From Phyllobacterium sp. (lineage in GTDB: Bacteria; Pseudomonadota; Alphaproteobacteria; Rhizobiales; Rhizobiaceae): a stretch of DNA of 24,982 bases. Positions 16,218-24,982 of the stretch are shown here, in pieces. Where the stretch lies: assembly GCA_031430295.1 (NCBI GenBank), contig JANPBE010000570.1, positions 1 through 24,982 of the forward strand. Direction: 5' to 3'. The number at the start of each line of letters is the position of its first letter. Positions within the stretch are counted from its first letter, which is position 1. Under the pieces are notes generated by a model that ran no database searches, was not told the DNA's origin, and worked only from the letters and a program-made list of their open reading frames with translations. A program made the position numbers and the translations under genes.

Positions 16218-17612
16218 TCAGCCCATCACACCAGCTTCCTTCATATGCTTAGGCAAAAAGAAGTCGATGATGGCGAATAGCACAACGGCGATACCCGTCA
16301 GCGGGAAGGCCACGCACACCAAAATGCCAATCACCAGAATGGCCTTCGGGATGCGATAATCGCGCGGGTATTGTGGCGCGCTTAGTGTGCCGACAGTACG
16401 GCGCTTCCACCACATCACCACGCCGGAGACGCTGAGGAAAATGATACATAAGCAAAACACAGTGTTAAGCAGCGTGTTCCAAAGCCCGAGATTGCCTTGG
16501 TGCAGCGCAATGCCTGCGGCCATGCTTTTACCGGCGAGACTATAATCGGCAAAGCCAACATCGGCCAGAACCTTGCCGGTATATTGGTCGATGTGGACTG
16601 TATGATCGCCAAACGGATTGGCTGTATCGCCATCCATTGAGTCAGCTGATACGGTGAAGACGCCCTCTACGCCATCTGGAAGGTTGACGCGGAACTGGCC
16701 ATCAAAGCCGAAGGTCTTGGCGAAATCTGCCACTGTATTGAGATTGACCGGTTGGCCTGCGGGGACGCCAGTGACACCGGCCTGCGAACCAGAGGCGGGA
16801 AGTTTTGTCTGCTCCAACGGCCACGGCACTTCCTTCAAGGCACCGCCATTTAATGTCGCCATGGTTTTGTCTGACAAAGGCACATTATCAAATTTGGCGC
16901 TGGGAAATGTGCTCCAAGCCTGCACATATTTAGCGCCCCATATACCGGTCCATGACATACCAGTGATGAAGAAGAACAGCAAAACAATGGACAACCAAAA
17001 GCCTATGGACTTGTGCAGCTCGCGCCACAGTGCGCGGCCTTTGAGCGACAGGCGTGGAAGCAATGCGCCCGCAATGCCGCGACCATCGCGTGGCCACCAG
17101 AGATAACAGCCGGTTATGACGAGAATGATACCAAGGCCTGCCGCTACTTCTAAAATGCGGTCGCCAATAGCGCCGATCCACATGGTGCCGTGCAGCCCGC
17201 TGGCCCAGTTGAACCATGTGTTATCGCGCGAATAGCTGGCGAGAATTTTGGGTCCATGCGGATCGACAACGACGACAGTTTGGGCCTCGCCAGCCTTGAC
17301 GATGAAATAGCTGGCGATATCATCGCTTGGAGGACTGACAAACAATGACACCTTGCCGCCCGGCACTGATGTCTTTGCCGCCAGTGCTTGGGCAATGGCG
17401 CTGGCGCGTTCCCCGCCTGAGGCGACGTGATATTTTGGCCCTAAAAATGTGTCGATTGAATTACCATAGAGCATGATGAGGCCGGTTAAGGCCAAGAATG
17501 TTAAAAACGGAACGACAATAAGTCCGGCATAAAAATGCCAGCGCCAGACGGCGCGATACAGTTTAATGCCAAAGGCGGACGGTGTGTCCGTGGCAAAAGT
17601 GGTAGTTGTCAT
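16218..17612 (-). CDS. PepSY-associated TM-helix domain protein (probable heme-binding inner-membrane metal reductase/uptake component)
   Basis: VWRWHFYAG, LHGTMW, TGCYLWWP, ELHKSIG, ALHQGNLG, SGVVMWWKRR pattern with periplasmic PepSY-like loops. Confidence 0.9.
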   Translation of the reverse strand: MTTTTFATDTPSAFGIKLYRAVWRWHFYAGLIVVPFLTFLALTGLIMLYGNSIDTFLGPKYHVASGGERASAIAQALAAKTSVPGGKVSLFVSPPSDDIASYFIVKAGEAQTVVVVDPHGPKILASYSRDNTWFNWASGLHGTMWIGAIGDRILEVAAGLGIILVITGCYLWWPRDGRGIAGALLPRLSLKGRALWRELHKSIGFWLSIVLLFFFITGMSWTGIWGAKYVQAWSTFPSAKFDNVPLSDKTMATLNGGALKEVPWPLEQTKLPASGSQAGVTGVPAGQPVNLNTVADFAKTFGFDGQFRVNLPDGVEGVFTVSADSMDGDTANPFGDHTVHIDQYTGKVLADVGFADYSLAGKSMAAGIALHQGNLGLWNTLLNTVFCLCIIFLSVSGVVMWWKRRTVGTLSAPQYPRDYRIPKAILVIGILVCVAFPLTGIAVVLFAIIDFFLPKHMKEAGVMG

Positions 17613-17685
17613 GGGAATTCCCCTTGAAAATAATACAAAGCAACCGCCTCAGAGAACGAGGGCGGCCATGGTTATGTGATTATGT

Positions 17686-18084
17686 TCAAAGGGATAGGGG
17701 CGGTGCGCGGGCAGGGTTATTAGTTCGGCCTGTTTGCGAGACAAGGCGCAGTTCATCGGCGTGAAGCAACTGCCCACGAGTGGTTTGCGGTGCCAGAAGC
17801 GCCAGGACCACGGGCTCTGCAACCGCGCCAAGCGCGGAAACCATGCTGCCGGGCAGGCAGTTCTGGCACGGCCATTCCTTATCCCGCTTGCCGCGATGGT
17901 CGCCCACAGGATCGGCGTAGCTGGAGCAGATGGAACTGCCGGTGAGTTCCGCGATACTGTCAGCGGAAGTAATAGAAGGGCGCGGCAGTAGCGCAAAAAG
18001 TAGCGGCAACAGCAACAACACCGTTGCCAAAGTGGCAAAAGCGCGGCGCGTGACACGTAGCTCTTTTAAGAATCCGCTGTTCAT
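17686..18084 (-). CDS. DUF2946-like leader protein (TM/signal segment, Cys motifs, C-terminal RAPP)
   Basis: GAGGGA RBS before ATG 18084; hydrophobic LATVLLLLPLLFALL, ICSS, CQNC, ends NNPARAPPLSL. Confidence 0.78.
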   Translation of the reverse strand: MNSGFLKELRVTRRAFATLATVLLLLPLLFALLPRPSITSADSIAELTGSSICSSYADPVGDHRGKRDKEWPCQNCLPGSMVSALGAVAEPVVLALLAPQTTRGQLLHADELRLVSQTGRTNNPARAPPLSL

Positions 18085-18179
18085 TGGTCCCTCAATGATC
18101 ACAGCGGTAAGGCATTCGGCGCGCTAAGGAAAGCCGGAAATCGTCATAGGTTGTGAAATAGATTTACACGGGAACCGCA

Positions 18180-18192
18180 ATGTTGCTAACAT
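18180..18192. promoter_or_regulatory. Palindrome ATGTTGCTAACAT overlapping the putative -10 of the TA operon (candidate autoregulatory operator)
   Basis: 5-bp arms; TTTACA (18163-18168) and TAACAT (18187-18192) could be -35/-10. Confidence 0.4.
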
Positions 18193-18219
18193 GTGCACAA
18201 AGCCACAAAGGGTAATTCC

Positions 18220-18480
18220 ATGAGCGATACAACAGTGACAGTGCGCCTCAGTCAGGATTTGAAAAACCGGCTGGATGCGATTGGTTCGGTAACGCGGCGT
18301 TCGAAGTCATTTCTGGCTCATGAGGCAATTGCCAACTATGTCGAAACAGAAGAAAAGATGATTGCGGGGATTTTGGAAGCGCAGGCGCAGATAAAGCAGG
18401 GGCTTGGCGTTTCGCATGAGGATGCCATGACACGCATCCGCGCCCATATTCAAAAGACCGCAAAAACTGAAGCGGCGTGA
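18220..18480 (+). CDS. Ribbon-helix-helix (CopG-type) antitoxin
   Basis: TVTVRLSQDLKNRLDAI...RSKSFLAHEAIANYV = beta-alpha-alpha RHH; overlaps the toxin start. Confidence 0.85.
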   Translation: MSDTTVTVRLSQDLKNRLDAIGSVTRRSKSFLAHEAIANYVETEEKMIAGILEAQAQIKQGLGVSHEDAMTRIRAHIQKTAKTEAA

Positions 18481-18782
18481 TGCGTACCATCATCTGGGCA
18501 CCGAGGGCGTTAGAAGACGTGGAAGCCCACATTGACTACATTAATGAGCGCAGCCCGATGGGCGCCGATTTAATTTCTGATAGGCTCGGGGATGCTGTGC
18601 TCAGTCTGCGCGATATGCCCACAGGCAGGCCTGGAAAAGTGCCGGGAACTTATGAGCGCTATGTTCGCAAGGCCTCGCTTATCATTGCGTTTGAGCTTGT
18701 TGACACTGACCGGCTGATAATTCTACGCGTCATTCACGCAGCGCGCGATTGGCCGGATGGGCAGTGGCCCAAGGAAGACTAG
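18477..18782 (+). CDS. Type II toxin, RelE/ParE family
   Basis: IIWAPRALEDVEAHIDYI, GRPG, ILRVIHAARDWP; about 100 aa; start GTG 18477 or ATG 18480. Confidence 0.85.
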   Translation: MMRTIIWAPRALEDVEAHIDYINERSPMGADLISDRLGDAVLSLRDMPTGRPGKVPGTYERYVRKASLIIAFELVDTDRLIILRVIHAARDWPDGQWPKED

Positions 18783-18789
18783 ATACCAC

Positions 18790-19665
18790 ATGACCAACAC
18801 ATTCATCTTTGGCGCAGGATTCTCCGGCCTTGAAATCGGCAGGCAGCTAAGTGCGGCTGGCCATACCGTTGCGGGTTCAACGCGCAGCGCTGACAAGTTT
18901 GAAAAACTTGGCGGTCATGGAATTGCGCCGTTTGTGTTTGACGGGGCAAGTCTTAGTGCCGATGTTTTGGCGCGGCTGGAAACGGTCACGCATCTTGTCA
19001 TGTCTATCGGTCCCGATGATGGCGGCGATCCGCTGGTTCCCGTTCTTGGTAACCACTTAAGCCACGCGCTGAAAAACCTGCAATGGATTGGCTACCTGTC
19101 CACTGTTGGCGTTTATGGCGACCATGATGGCGGGTGGGTAAACGAAACCACGGTTTGCAAGCCCGTTTCGCAACGTTCGGTGCAGCGGCTGGAGGCGGAA
19201 CAGGCGTGGCAAAATTTTAGTGCGAGCCTTCGCGTGCCGCTGGCAATCCTGCGCCTGTCCGGCATCTACGGGCCGGGGCGCAACACATTTGTCAATCTGG
19301 CCAATGGCACCGCCAAGCGCATTATCAAGCCAAACCAAGTGTTTAACCGCATTCATGTGAGTGACATTGCGCGGGCGGTGCTGCATCTGAGCGCCAAAAA
19401 TACTGGCGGGCTTTTCAATGTGACAGACGATGAGCCCGCGCCGCCGCAAGATGTGGTGACATATGCGGCAAATCTGATGGGCATAGTGCCGCCCGAGGAG
19501 GTGGCTTACGATGATGCACAAATGTCGCCAATGGCGCGCTCGTTTTATGGCGAGGTGAAAAAAGTGTCCAATGAGAAGCTGCGTGAAACGGGGTTTGAAT
19601 TTAGCTATCCGAATTATCGTGTTTCGATGGATGCTTTATGGAACGCCAAAAACTGGGCGAAATGA
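18790..19665 (+). CDS. Atypical SDR / NAD-dependent epimerase-dehydratase
   Basis: IFGAGFSG, YLSTVGVYGDHDGGWV, LRLSGIYGPGRN, FNRIHVSDIA, FYGEVKKVSN. Confidence 0.9.
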   Translation: MTNTFIFGAGFSGLEIGRQLSAAGHTVAGSTRSADKFEKLGGHGIAPFVFDGASLSADVLARLETVTHLVMSIGPDDGGDPLVPVLGNHLSHALKNLQWIGYLSTVGVYGDHDGGWVNETTVCKPVSQRSVQRLEAEQAWQNFSASLRVPLAILRLSGIYGPGRNTFVNLANGTAKRIIKPNQVFNRIHVSDIARAVLHLSAKNTGGLFNVTDDEPAPPQDVVTYAANLMGIVPPEEVAYDDAQMSPMARSFYGEVKKVSNEKLRETGFEFSYPNYRVSMDALWNAKNWAK

Positions 19666-19685
19666 GTGCCGGCACTAGCCATAAA

Positions 19686-19704
19686 TTAACCATTCGCTAA
19701 CCAT
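19686..19704 (+). promoter_or_regulatory. CtrA-like site TTAA-CCATTCG-CTAAC (two TAACCAT units 11 nt apart) upstream of mepA
   Basis: One mismatch to TTAA-N7-TTAAC; contains the TTAACCAT octamer. Confidence 0.55.
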
Positions 19705-19745
19705 AATAACCCAAGGCTTATATCCTATCGATTTTGGAGAGTGGC

Positions 19746-20660
19746 ATGTTGAAGTTCCGCACGATTATTTGCGCCGCGCTTATTTTCGGCTCAAGTTTAG
19801 GCACAGGGTTTGCCAAGGATAAGACTCCCGCCAAAGAACTATTTGGCGCCGTAAAGCTGCCTGCCCTGACCGAGCCGGCATCGGCCGGATTCTATTCGAA
19901 AGGATGTTTGGCAGGCGGCGTGGCTATTCCTGTTGACGGGCCTGCATGGCAAGTGATGCGGCTTTCGCGCAATCGTAATTGGGGACACCCCGATCTTATC
20001 AAAGTGCTGGAACGACTTGCCCTTGATGGTAAAAAAGTGGGCTGGAACGGCTTGCTTGTTGGCGATATTTCGCAACCGCGCGGCGGCCCGATGCTAACCG
20101 GCCACGCCTCCCACCAGATTGGGTTGGACGCTGACATATGGCTGACCCCGATGCCGACCCGCAAGCTCACCAAGAAAGAGCGCGAAGACATATCCGCCAC
20201 CTCCATGATTAAGGGTGATAGCCTTTATGTTGATCCGGATGTGTGGACGCCTGGCCAATTGGCTATTATCAAAACTGCCGCCAGCTATTCCCGCGTTGAG
20301 CGGATATTAGTGCATCCCGGTATCAAGAAAAAACTGTGCGAAACGGCCACGGGTGATCGCGGGTGGCTATCGAAAGTGCGACCTTACTGGGGGCATAACT
20401 ACCACATGCATATTCGCATAACCTGCCCGAAAGACTCGCCCAACTGCAAGGGCCAAGAACCGGTTGTGAAGGGCGATGGCTGCGGCGATGCACTTGCATG
20501 GTGGTTTACCGATGAGCCATGGCGCAAACCAAAGCCAAGCGACAAGCCACCGGTGAAAAAGAAGCCGATAACGCTGGCTGACTTGCCGCCAGTATGCGCA
20601 CAAATTCTGGATGCACCGGGGCCCAAATCTGCCGCCGAAGTTACTTATGGCGCGCAATAA
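19746..20660 (+). CDS. mepA: Penicillin-insensitive murein endopeptidase
   Basis: Signal peptide; GFYSKGCLAG, RNRNWGHP, GDISQPRGGPMLTGHASHQIGLDAD, HNYHMHIRI. Confidence 0.93.
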   Translation: MLKFRTIICAALIFGSSLGTGFAKDKTPAKELFGAVKLPALTEPASAGFYSKGCLAGGVAIPVDGPAWQVMRLSRNRNWGHPDLIKVLERLALDGKKVGWNGLLVGDISQPRGGPMLTGHASHQIGLDADIWLTPMPTRKLTKKEREDISATSMIKGDSLYVDPDVWTPGQLAIIKTAASYSRVERILVHPGIKKKLCETATGDRGWLSKVRPYWGHNYHMHIRITCPKDSPNCKGQEPVVKGDGCGDALAWWFTDEPWRKPKPSDKPPVKKKPITLADLPPVCAQILDAPGPKSAAEVTYGAQ

Positions 20661-20687
20661 TGGTTTATGTAGCATGGATGTGAAACG

Positions 20688-21086
20688 ATGAGGGTTTGGA
20701 CTCTAAGCCTCACCACTGCTGCCGTACTTCTATTGGCGGATGCCATTGTCATTCCCGTTGTGATGCGCCCGCTGTTTTTGGCGTACCTTGGCCCGCTGAT
20801 GCTGGATAGTCTGCGCCTTATTCCGGCTGTGCTGTTTTACGCCATCCATATTTTCGGTCTGGTTTTTCTTGGCGGACTGCCTGCATTGCGGGCCGGAACT
20901 CCGAAAATTGCGCTGATAAATGGCGCGGTTTTGGGTTTCGTGGCCTATTCCTGCTATGAAATGACTAGTTGGACCATCATGCGCGATTGGCATATCAATC
21001 TGGTTCTGGTGGATATTGCTTGGGGTACTTTTATCTCAGGCGTCGCTGCCTATTGCGGCGCACGGATTGCAATTGGCAAAGCTTAA
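20688..21086 (+). CDS. DUF2177 family membrane protein
   Basis: Four hydrophobic segments; [22 protein letters not shown]. Confidence 0.8.
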   Translation: MRVWTLSLTTAAVLLLADAIVIPVVMRPLFLAYLGPLMLDSLRLIPAVLFYAIHIFGLVFLGGLPALRAGTPKIALINGAVLGFVAYSCYEMTSWTIMRDWHINLVLVDIAWGTFISGVAAYCGARIAIGKA

Positions 21087-21157
21087 GAATTCCGCACCGC
21101 TTTTCTTCTCATCCAAGCTTGGATATAGGCATTAAAAGCGTTTTTAATCTTCTCATC

Positions 21158-21571
21158 ATGGACACCAAACCTTTGCGTCTTGCCCTTATCGCTCACGATC
21201 AGAAAAAAGCCGTCATGGTGGAGTTTGCCGTGGCGCACCGCGCACTGCTGGCTCCCAACAGTTTTGTGGCAACCGGTACGACGGGCGGTTTGGTGCAGGA
21301 AGCCTGTCCGGAACTTTCCATTGTGCGCCTAAAAAGCGGCCCGCTTGGCGGCGACCAGCAAATTGGTGCCCTGATTGCGGAAGGCCAAGTCGACGCGTTA
21401 ATTTTCTTTGTCGATCCGCTCACTCCCATGCCGCATGATGTGGATGTGAAAGCGCTGATGCGCCTTGCGCTGGTTTATGACATTCCAATGGCGCTGAACC
21501 GCGCAACCGCCACCTTGCTTTTGGGCACACTACTTGCAAATTGGCGTCCGGCCCTTATTGAAGACAATTAA
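21158..21571 (+). CDS. mgsA: Methylglyoxal synthase
   Basis: [38 protein letters not shown]; start at ATG 21158. Confidence 0.96.
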   Translation: MDTKPLRLALIAHDQKKAVMVEFAVAHRALLAPNSFVATGTTGGLVQEACPELSIVRLKSGPLGGDQQIGALIAEGQVDALIFFVDPLTPMPHDVDVKALMRLALVYDIPMALNRATATLLLGTLLANWRPALIEDN

Positions 21572-21609
21572 GAACTGAATAGTAATATTAGCGATGATTG
21601 ATTAAGTGC

Positions 21610-22626
21610 ATGAGCGATGGTGTGAACGAGTTTGAATATCCGGTTTTGGTGGGTGATATTGGCGGCACCAATGCCCGCTTTGCTTTGTTGCTGACCAAAG
21701 ACAGCGAGCCTGTGTCGTTCGATACTGTGCAGACCGCCAGCTTTGCCAATATTGATGTTGCCATTCGCGATGCAATCTTGCCGGTGGCGAGCGTGAAGCC
21801 ACGCACGGCGATTTTGGCGATTGCCGGACCGATAAGCGGTGATGAGATTGAACTGACAAACTGCCCGTGGGTGGTGCGCCCGCATGTGATGATGGATATG
21901 CTCGGCCTTACCGATATTATCGTGCTGAATGATTTTGAAGCGCAGGCGCTGGCGGTTGCCTCGCTTGGCAAAGAGCATCTGACGCAAATTGGCGGCGGCG
22001 CGGCGATTGAAGATGCGCCGCGCGTGGTGCTCGGCCCCGGAACCGGCCTTGGCGTTGCGGGCCTCATCAAAATCGCTGATCGCTGGTATCCTGTGCCGGG
22101 CGAAGGCGGCCACATGGATGTGGGTCCGCGCTCGGAGCGCGACTATGAAATATTCCCGCATATCGAAACCATCGGCGGGCGGGTTTCCGGCGAGCAAATT
22201 CTCTGCGGTCGCGGGCTGGTCAATGTCTATCGCGCTGTTTGCGCAGTTGAAAATGTCACCACAACGGTCACCGAACCGGCGCAGGTAACGGCGGCAGCTT
22301 TTGCAGGCAATGACCCGCAAGCCACGGAAGCCGTCAATTTCTTTGCCGGCATTCTCGGTCGCTATGCAGGTGATTTGGCGCTGGTATTTATGGCGCGTGG
22401 CGGGGTTTATTTATCCGGTGGCATCGCGCAGAAAATCGTAAGCGTTTTGGCAGAGGGCGATATGCGTTCGCAGTTTGATAACAAAGGGCCGCACAATGAA
22501 TTTATGGCGCAAACGCCGATATTCGTCGTGACGCATCCACTCGCTGCTGTGGCCGGGCTAGGCGCTTATGCCAAGGCTCCCGCCCATTTTGGCATGAACC
22601 TTCAAGGGCGTCGTTGGACACACTAG
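21610..22626 (+). CDS. glk: Glucokinase
   Basis: LVGDIGGTNARF, AIAGP, LNDFEAQA, GPGTGLGVA, GEGGH, GGVYLSGGI. Confidence 0.96.
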   Translation: MSDGVNEFEYPVLVGDIGGTNARFALLLTKDSEPVSFDTVQTASFANIDVAIRDAILPVASVKPRTAILAIAGPISGDEIELTNCPWVVRPHVMMDMLGLTDIIVLNDFEAQALAVASLGKEHLTQIGGGAAIEDAPRVVLGPGTGLGVAGLIKIADRWYPVPGEGGHMDVGPRSERDYEIFPHIETIGGRVSGEQILCGRGLVNVYRAVCAVENVTTTVTEPAQVTAAAFAGNDPQATEAVNFFAGILGRYAGDLALVFMARGGVYLSGGIAQKIVSVLAEGDMRSQFDNKGPHNEFMAQTPIFVVTHPLAAVAGLGAYAKAPAHFGMNLQGRRWTH

Positions 22627-22727
22627 CTGCCTAAGACTTGACGCGTTAAGCCTCTTGCGCTTGACCTTTGCCAGCCAAGCGCACTATCAGCATCGGCAAC
22701 GTTTTGAACAATGGCGGAAAACTTCGG

Positions 22728-24572
22728 TTGAGCGTAGTCACACAAATCACGCCGCAGGCAAAAGCCCCTGCTTTGGACGCAAAAGGTCTGATAAAGCGGG
22801 TATTCAGCGAAAACGCCCGCGATTATTTGGGCAGTTATGCTATCGCCACTTTTTGTTTGCTGCTGATTTCCGGCTCCACTGCCTTCGTAGCGTGGATAAT
22901 GCGCGATGTGATCGACAAGATTTTCTATGAGCGCAATCAAAATGTTATTTTGATTATCAGCGCGTCTGTCTTCGGGGCCTTCCTCATTCGTGGATTGGCT
23001 TCTTATATGCAGGCTGTGATCTTTGCCCGCGTCGGCAATAATCTTGCCGCCCGCTATCAGCGCCGTTTGGTGGAAAAACTTATGTCGCTCGACATGCGGT
23101 TTTTCTCCGGTACTCACTCCGGCACATTGAGTGCGCAGCTCAATCAAAATGTCGCCGGTATCCGCGATATTCTCAACGTGACGCTAACAAGCTTCGCCCG
23201 CGATTTCATGACACTGGTCGCCCTCATTGGCGTGATGGTTTATCAAGACCCGCTGCTCTCGCTGTTCACCATCACAGCCGCGCCGCCGCTGATTTTCGGT
23301 GTCAATTATCTGGCGCGGCGCGTGCGCAGTGTGGTGCGTGAATCGGTGGTGCTGAATTCAAAATTACTTGGGGCCATTCAAGAAAGCACGCAAGGCGTCG
23401 CGGTTGTTAAAGCCTACACGATGGAAAGCGCAATCGTTGCTCGCGTCGACGGCTTGATCAAATCGGCTGAAAACCGCGCCAACAAAATCACCAATATTTC
23501 CGAGCGCACAGCCCCGATTGCCGAGACTTTGGCGGGCCTGACTGTTGCCAGCGTTATCGCCTACTCCGGCTTTAGGGCCGTGCACCAAGCCATTCCGCCC
23601 GGCGCGACATTCGCGTTTATCACGGCCTTGTTGTTAGCCTATGATCCCGCCCGCCGCCTTGCCAACTTGCAAGTGACGATGACCCGCGCACTGGTTAACG
23701 CGCAGATGGTCTATGATATTTTGGACTTAAAGGCACGCGAACCGGATGGCGCAAACGCCAAACCGCTTATCGTCACCAAAGGTGAAGTGCGCTTCGACAA
23801 AGTGGACTTTGCTTATGACGCCGATAATCCCGTTTTGCGGACCACTAGCTTCATTGCCAAAGCGGGTGAAACAACGGCCATAGTCGGCCCCTCCGGTTCC
23901 GGCAAGTCCACCATCGCCAATCTTATCTTGCGCTTTTATGATCCGGCAAACGGTGCCATCTCGATCGACGGCACAGACATTAAAACTGTGACCAAGCAAT
24001 CGCTACGCAACGCCATCGCCTATGTCAGTCAAGCGCCTTATATGTTCGAAGGCAGCATCCGCGATAACATCCGCTTTGGCCGCGCGGATGCCACCGATAG
24101 CGAAGTAGAAGCGGCGGCAAAGCTGGCCAACGCCCACAACTTCATCGTCGAGCAGCCAAATGGCTATGATACTGAGGCGGGTGAAAACGGCACGATGCTT
24201 TCCGGCGGCCAGCGCCAGCGCATTTCAATCGCCCGCGCCATGCTGCGCAATGCGCCTATCTTGCTGCTTGATGAAGCGACATCATCGCTCGACAATGAGT
24301 CTGAACGGCTGGTGCAGCAGGCGTTGGAAACTGCCATGAAGGGCCGCACCACGATTGTGATTGCCCACCGGCTTTCCACCATCATCCATGCCAATAAGAT
24401 CATCACGCTGATGGACGGCCAGATTGCCGAAGAAGGCACGCACGACCAGCTTGTTAACGCCAAACATGGTATTTACGCCCGCTTCTTTGCCATGCAAAAT
24501 GGCAAACAGATCGAAGATAAGCCGGTCGAGAAACCAAAAGTGAAACGGGCCGCAAAGGGTGCGCCAAAATGA
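22728..24572 (+). CDS. ABC exporter, fused permease/ATPase (MsbA-like)
   Basis: N-terminal TM domain; Walker [35 protein letters not shown]. Start uncertain (TTG 22728 chosen). Confidence 0.9.
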   Translation: MSVVTQITPQAKAPALDAKGLIKRVFSENARDYLGSYAIATFCLLLISGSTAFVAWIMRDVIDKIFYERNQNVILIISASVFGAFLIRGLASYMQAVIFARVGNNLAARYQRRLVEKLMSLDMRFFSGTHSGTLSAQLNQNVAGIRDILNVTLTSFARDFMTLVALIGVMVYQDPLLSLFTITAAPPLIFGVNYLARRVRSVVRESVVLNSKLLGAIQESTQGVAVVKAYTMESAIVARVDGLIKSAENRANKITNISERTAPIAETLAGLTVASVIAYSGFRAVHQAIPPGATFAFITALLLAYDPARRLANLQVTMTRALVNAQMVYDILDLKAREPDGANAKPLIVTKGEVRFDKVDFAYDADNPVLRTTSFIAKAGETTAIVGPSGSGKSTIANLILRFYDPANGAISIDGTDIKTVTKQSLRNAIAYVSQAPYMFEGSIRDNIRFGRADATDSEVEAAAKLANAHNFIVEQPNGYDTEAGENGTMLSGGQRQRISIARAMLRNAPILLLDEATSSLDNESERLVQQALETAMKGRTTIVIAHRLSTIIHANKIITLMDGQIAEEGTHDQLVNAKHGIYARFFAMQNGKQIEDKPVEKPKVKRAAKGAPK

Positions 24573-24982
24573 GTGATTTGAAGCTGGTAGTCGTCGGCGC
24601 GGCAGGGCGTATGGGCCAAGCGCTCATCCGCGCCATTGCCAAAAAGGACGGCGTGGTTCTGCATGGCGCAGTGCTTCATGCCGCTGTGGAGCGCAAAGGC
24701 GCACCGCAAATTGGCATGGATGCGGGCGAAGTGGCTGGCATCGGTCCCATTGGCGTGCCGATTACCGATGACCCGCTACGCGCCTTTGCCCATGCTGATG
24801 GCGTCTTAGATTTCACCATACCCACCGCGACCACAGAATTTGCCGCCTACGCCGCACAGGCCCGCATTGTCCATATCATTGGCACAACAGGCTGCACGCC
24901 GGATGACGACGCCAAAATTCTCGCGGCCGCGCGCCATGCCACGATTGTTAAATCCGGCAACTATAGCCTTGGCGTCAATATT
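24569..24982 (+). CDS. dapB: 4-hydroxy-tetrahydrodipicolinate reductase; runs off the right edge
   Basis: Manual translation: [19 protein letters not shown]...DGVLDFT...HIIGTTG...[12 protein letters not shown]; ATGA overlap with the ABC gene. Confidence 0.95.
   Translation, partial: MSDLKLVVVGAAGRMGQALIRAIAKKDGVVLHGAVLHAAVERKGAPQIGMDAGEVAGIGPIGVPITDDPLRAFAHADGVLDFTIPTATTEFAAYAAQARIVHIIGTTGCTPDDDAKILAAARHATIVKSGNYSLGVNI

Noticed and set aside
21131-21148. ATTAAAAGCGTTTTTAAT as a CtrA box upstream of mgsA
   Set aside because: TTAA spacing is 8, not 7; more likely AT-rich promoter sequence.
21568-22320. 250-aa minus-strand ORF
   Set aside because: Antisense to glk; no motifs.
1-24982. CRISPR arrays, tRNA/rRNA genes, IS elements, integrases
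   Set aside because: No regularly spaced direct repeats, cloverleaf or rRNA signatures, or transposase/recombinase motifs were seen by inspection.

Overview
Chromosomal window from an alphaproteobacterium (gene content and order typical of Hyphomicrobiales/Rhizobiales; taxon inferred, not proven). Left to right: truncated Zn-dependent N-carbamoyl-amino-acid/beta-ureidopropionase hydrolase divergent from a RutR-like TetR regulator, an unknown 219-aa ORF with a hairpin-rich spacer, gshB, comM/yifB, a BTLCP transglutaminase-like peptidase, phaZ, DUF1330, pyrF, an FMN reductase, two tandem pmtA-like methyltransferases, dnaJ (with an in-frame TAG at a conserved Tyr), an acyltransferase-3, uppP, fzlA-like GST, queG, a PepSY-TM gene with a DUF2946-like RAPP leader, an RHH-RelE/ParE toxin-antitoxin pair, an SDR/epimerase, mepA, DUF2177, mgsA, glk, an MsbA-like ABC exporter and truncated dapB. 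No rRNA, tRNA, transposase or CRISPR array was recognised. The best candidate system is at 16218-18084 (minus strand): a Cys-motif (CxxC) leader protein ending in RAPP, whose last codons can base-pair with and hide the Shine-Dalgarno of the PepSY-TM gene, i.e. a likely metal-responsive ribosome-stalling switch. Recognisable regulatory sites include RutR, LexA, CtrA (three envelope genes) and PhaR-like boxes. All family calls are by motif recognition; no database search was run.
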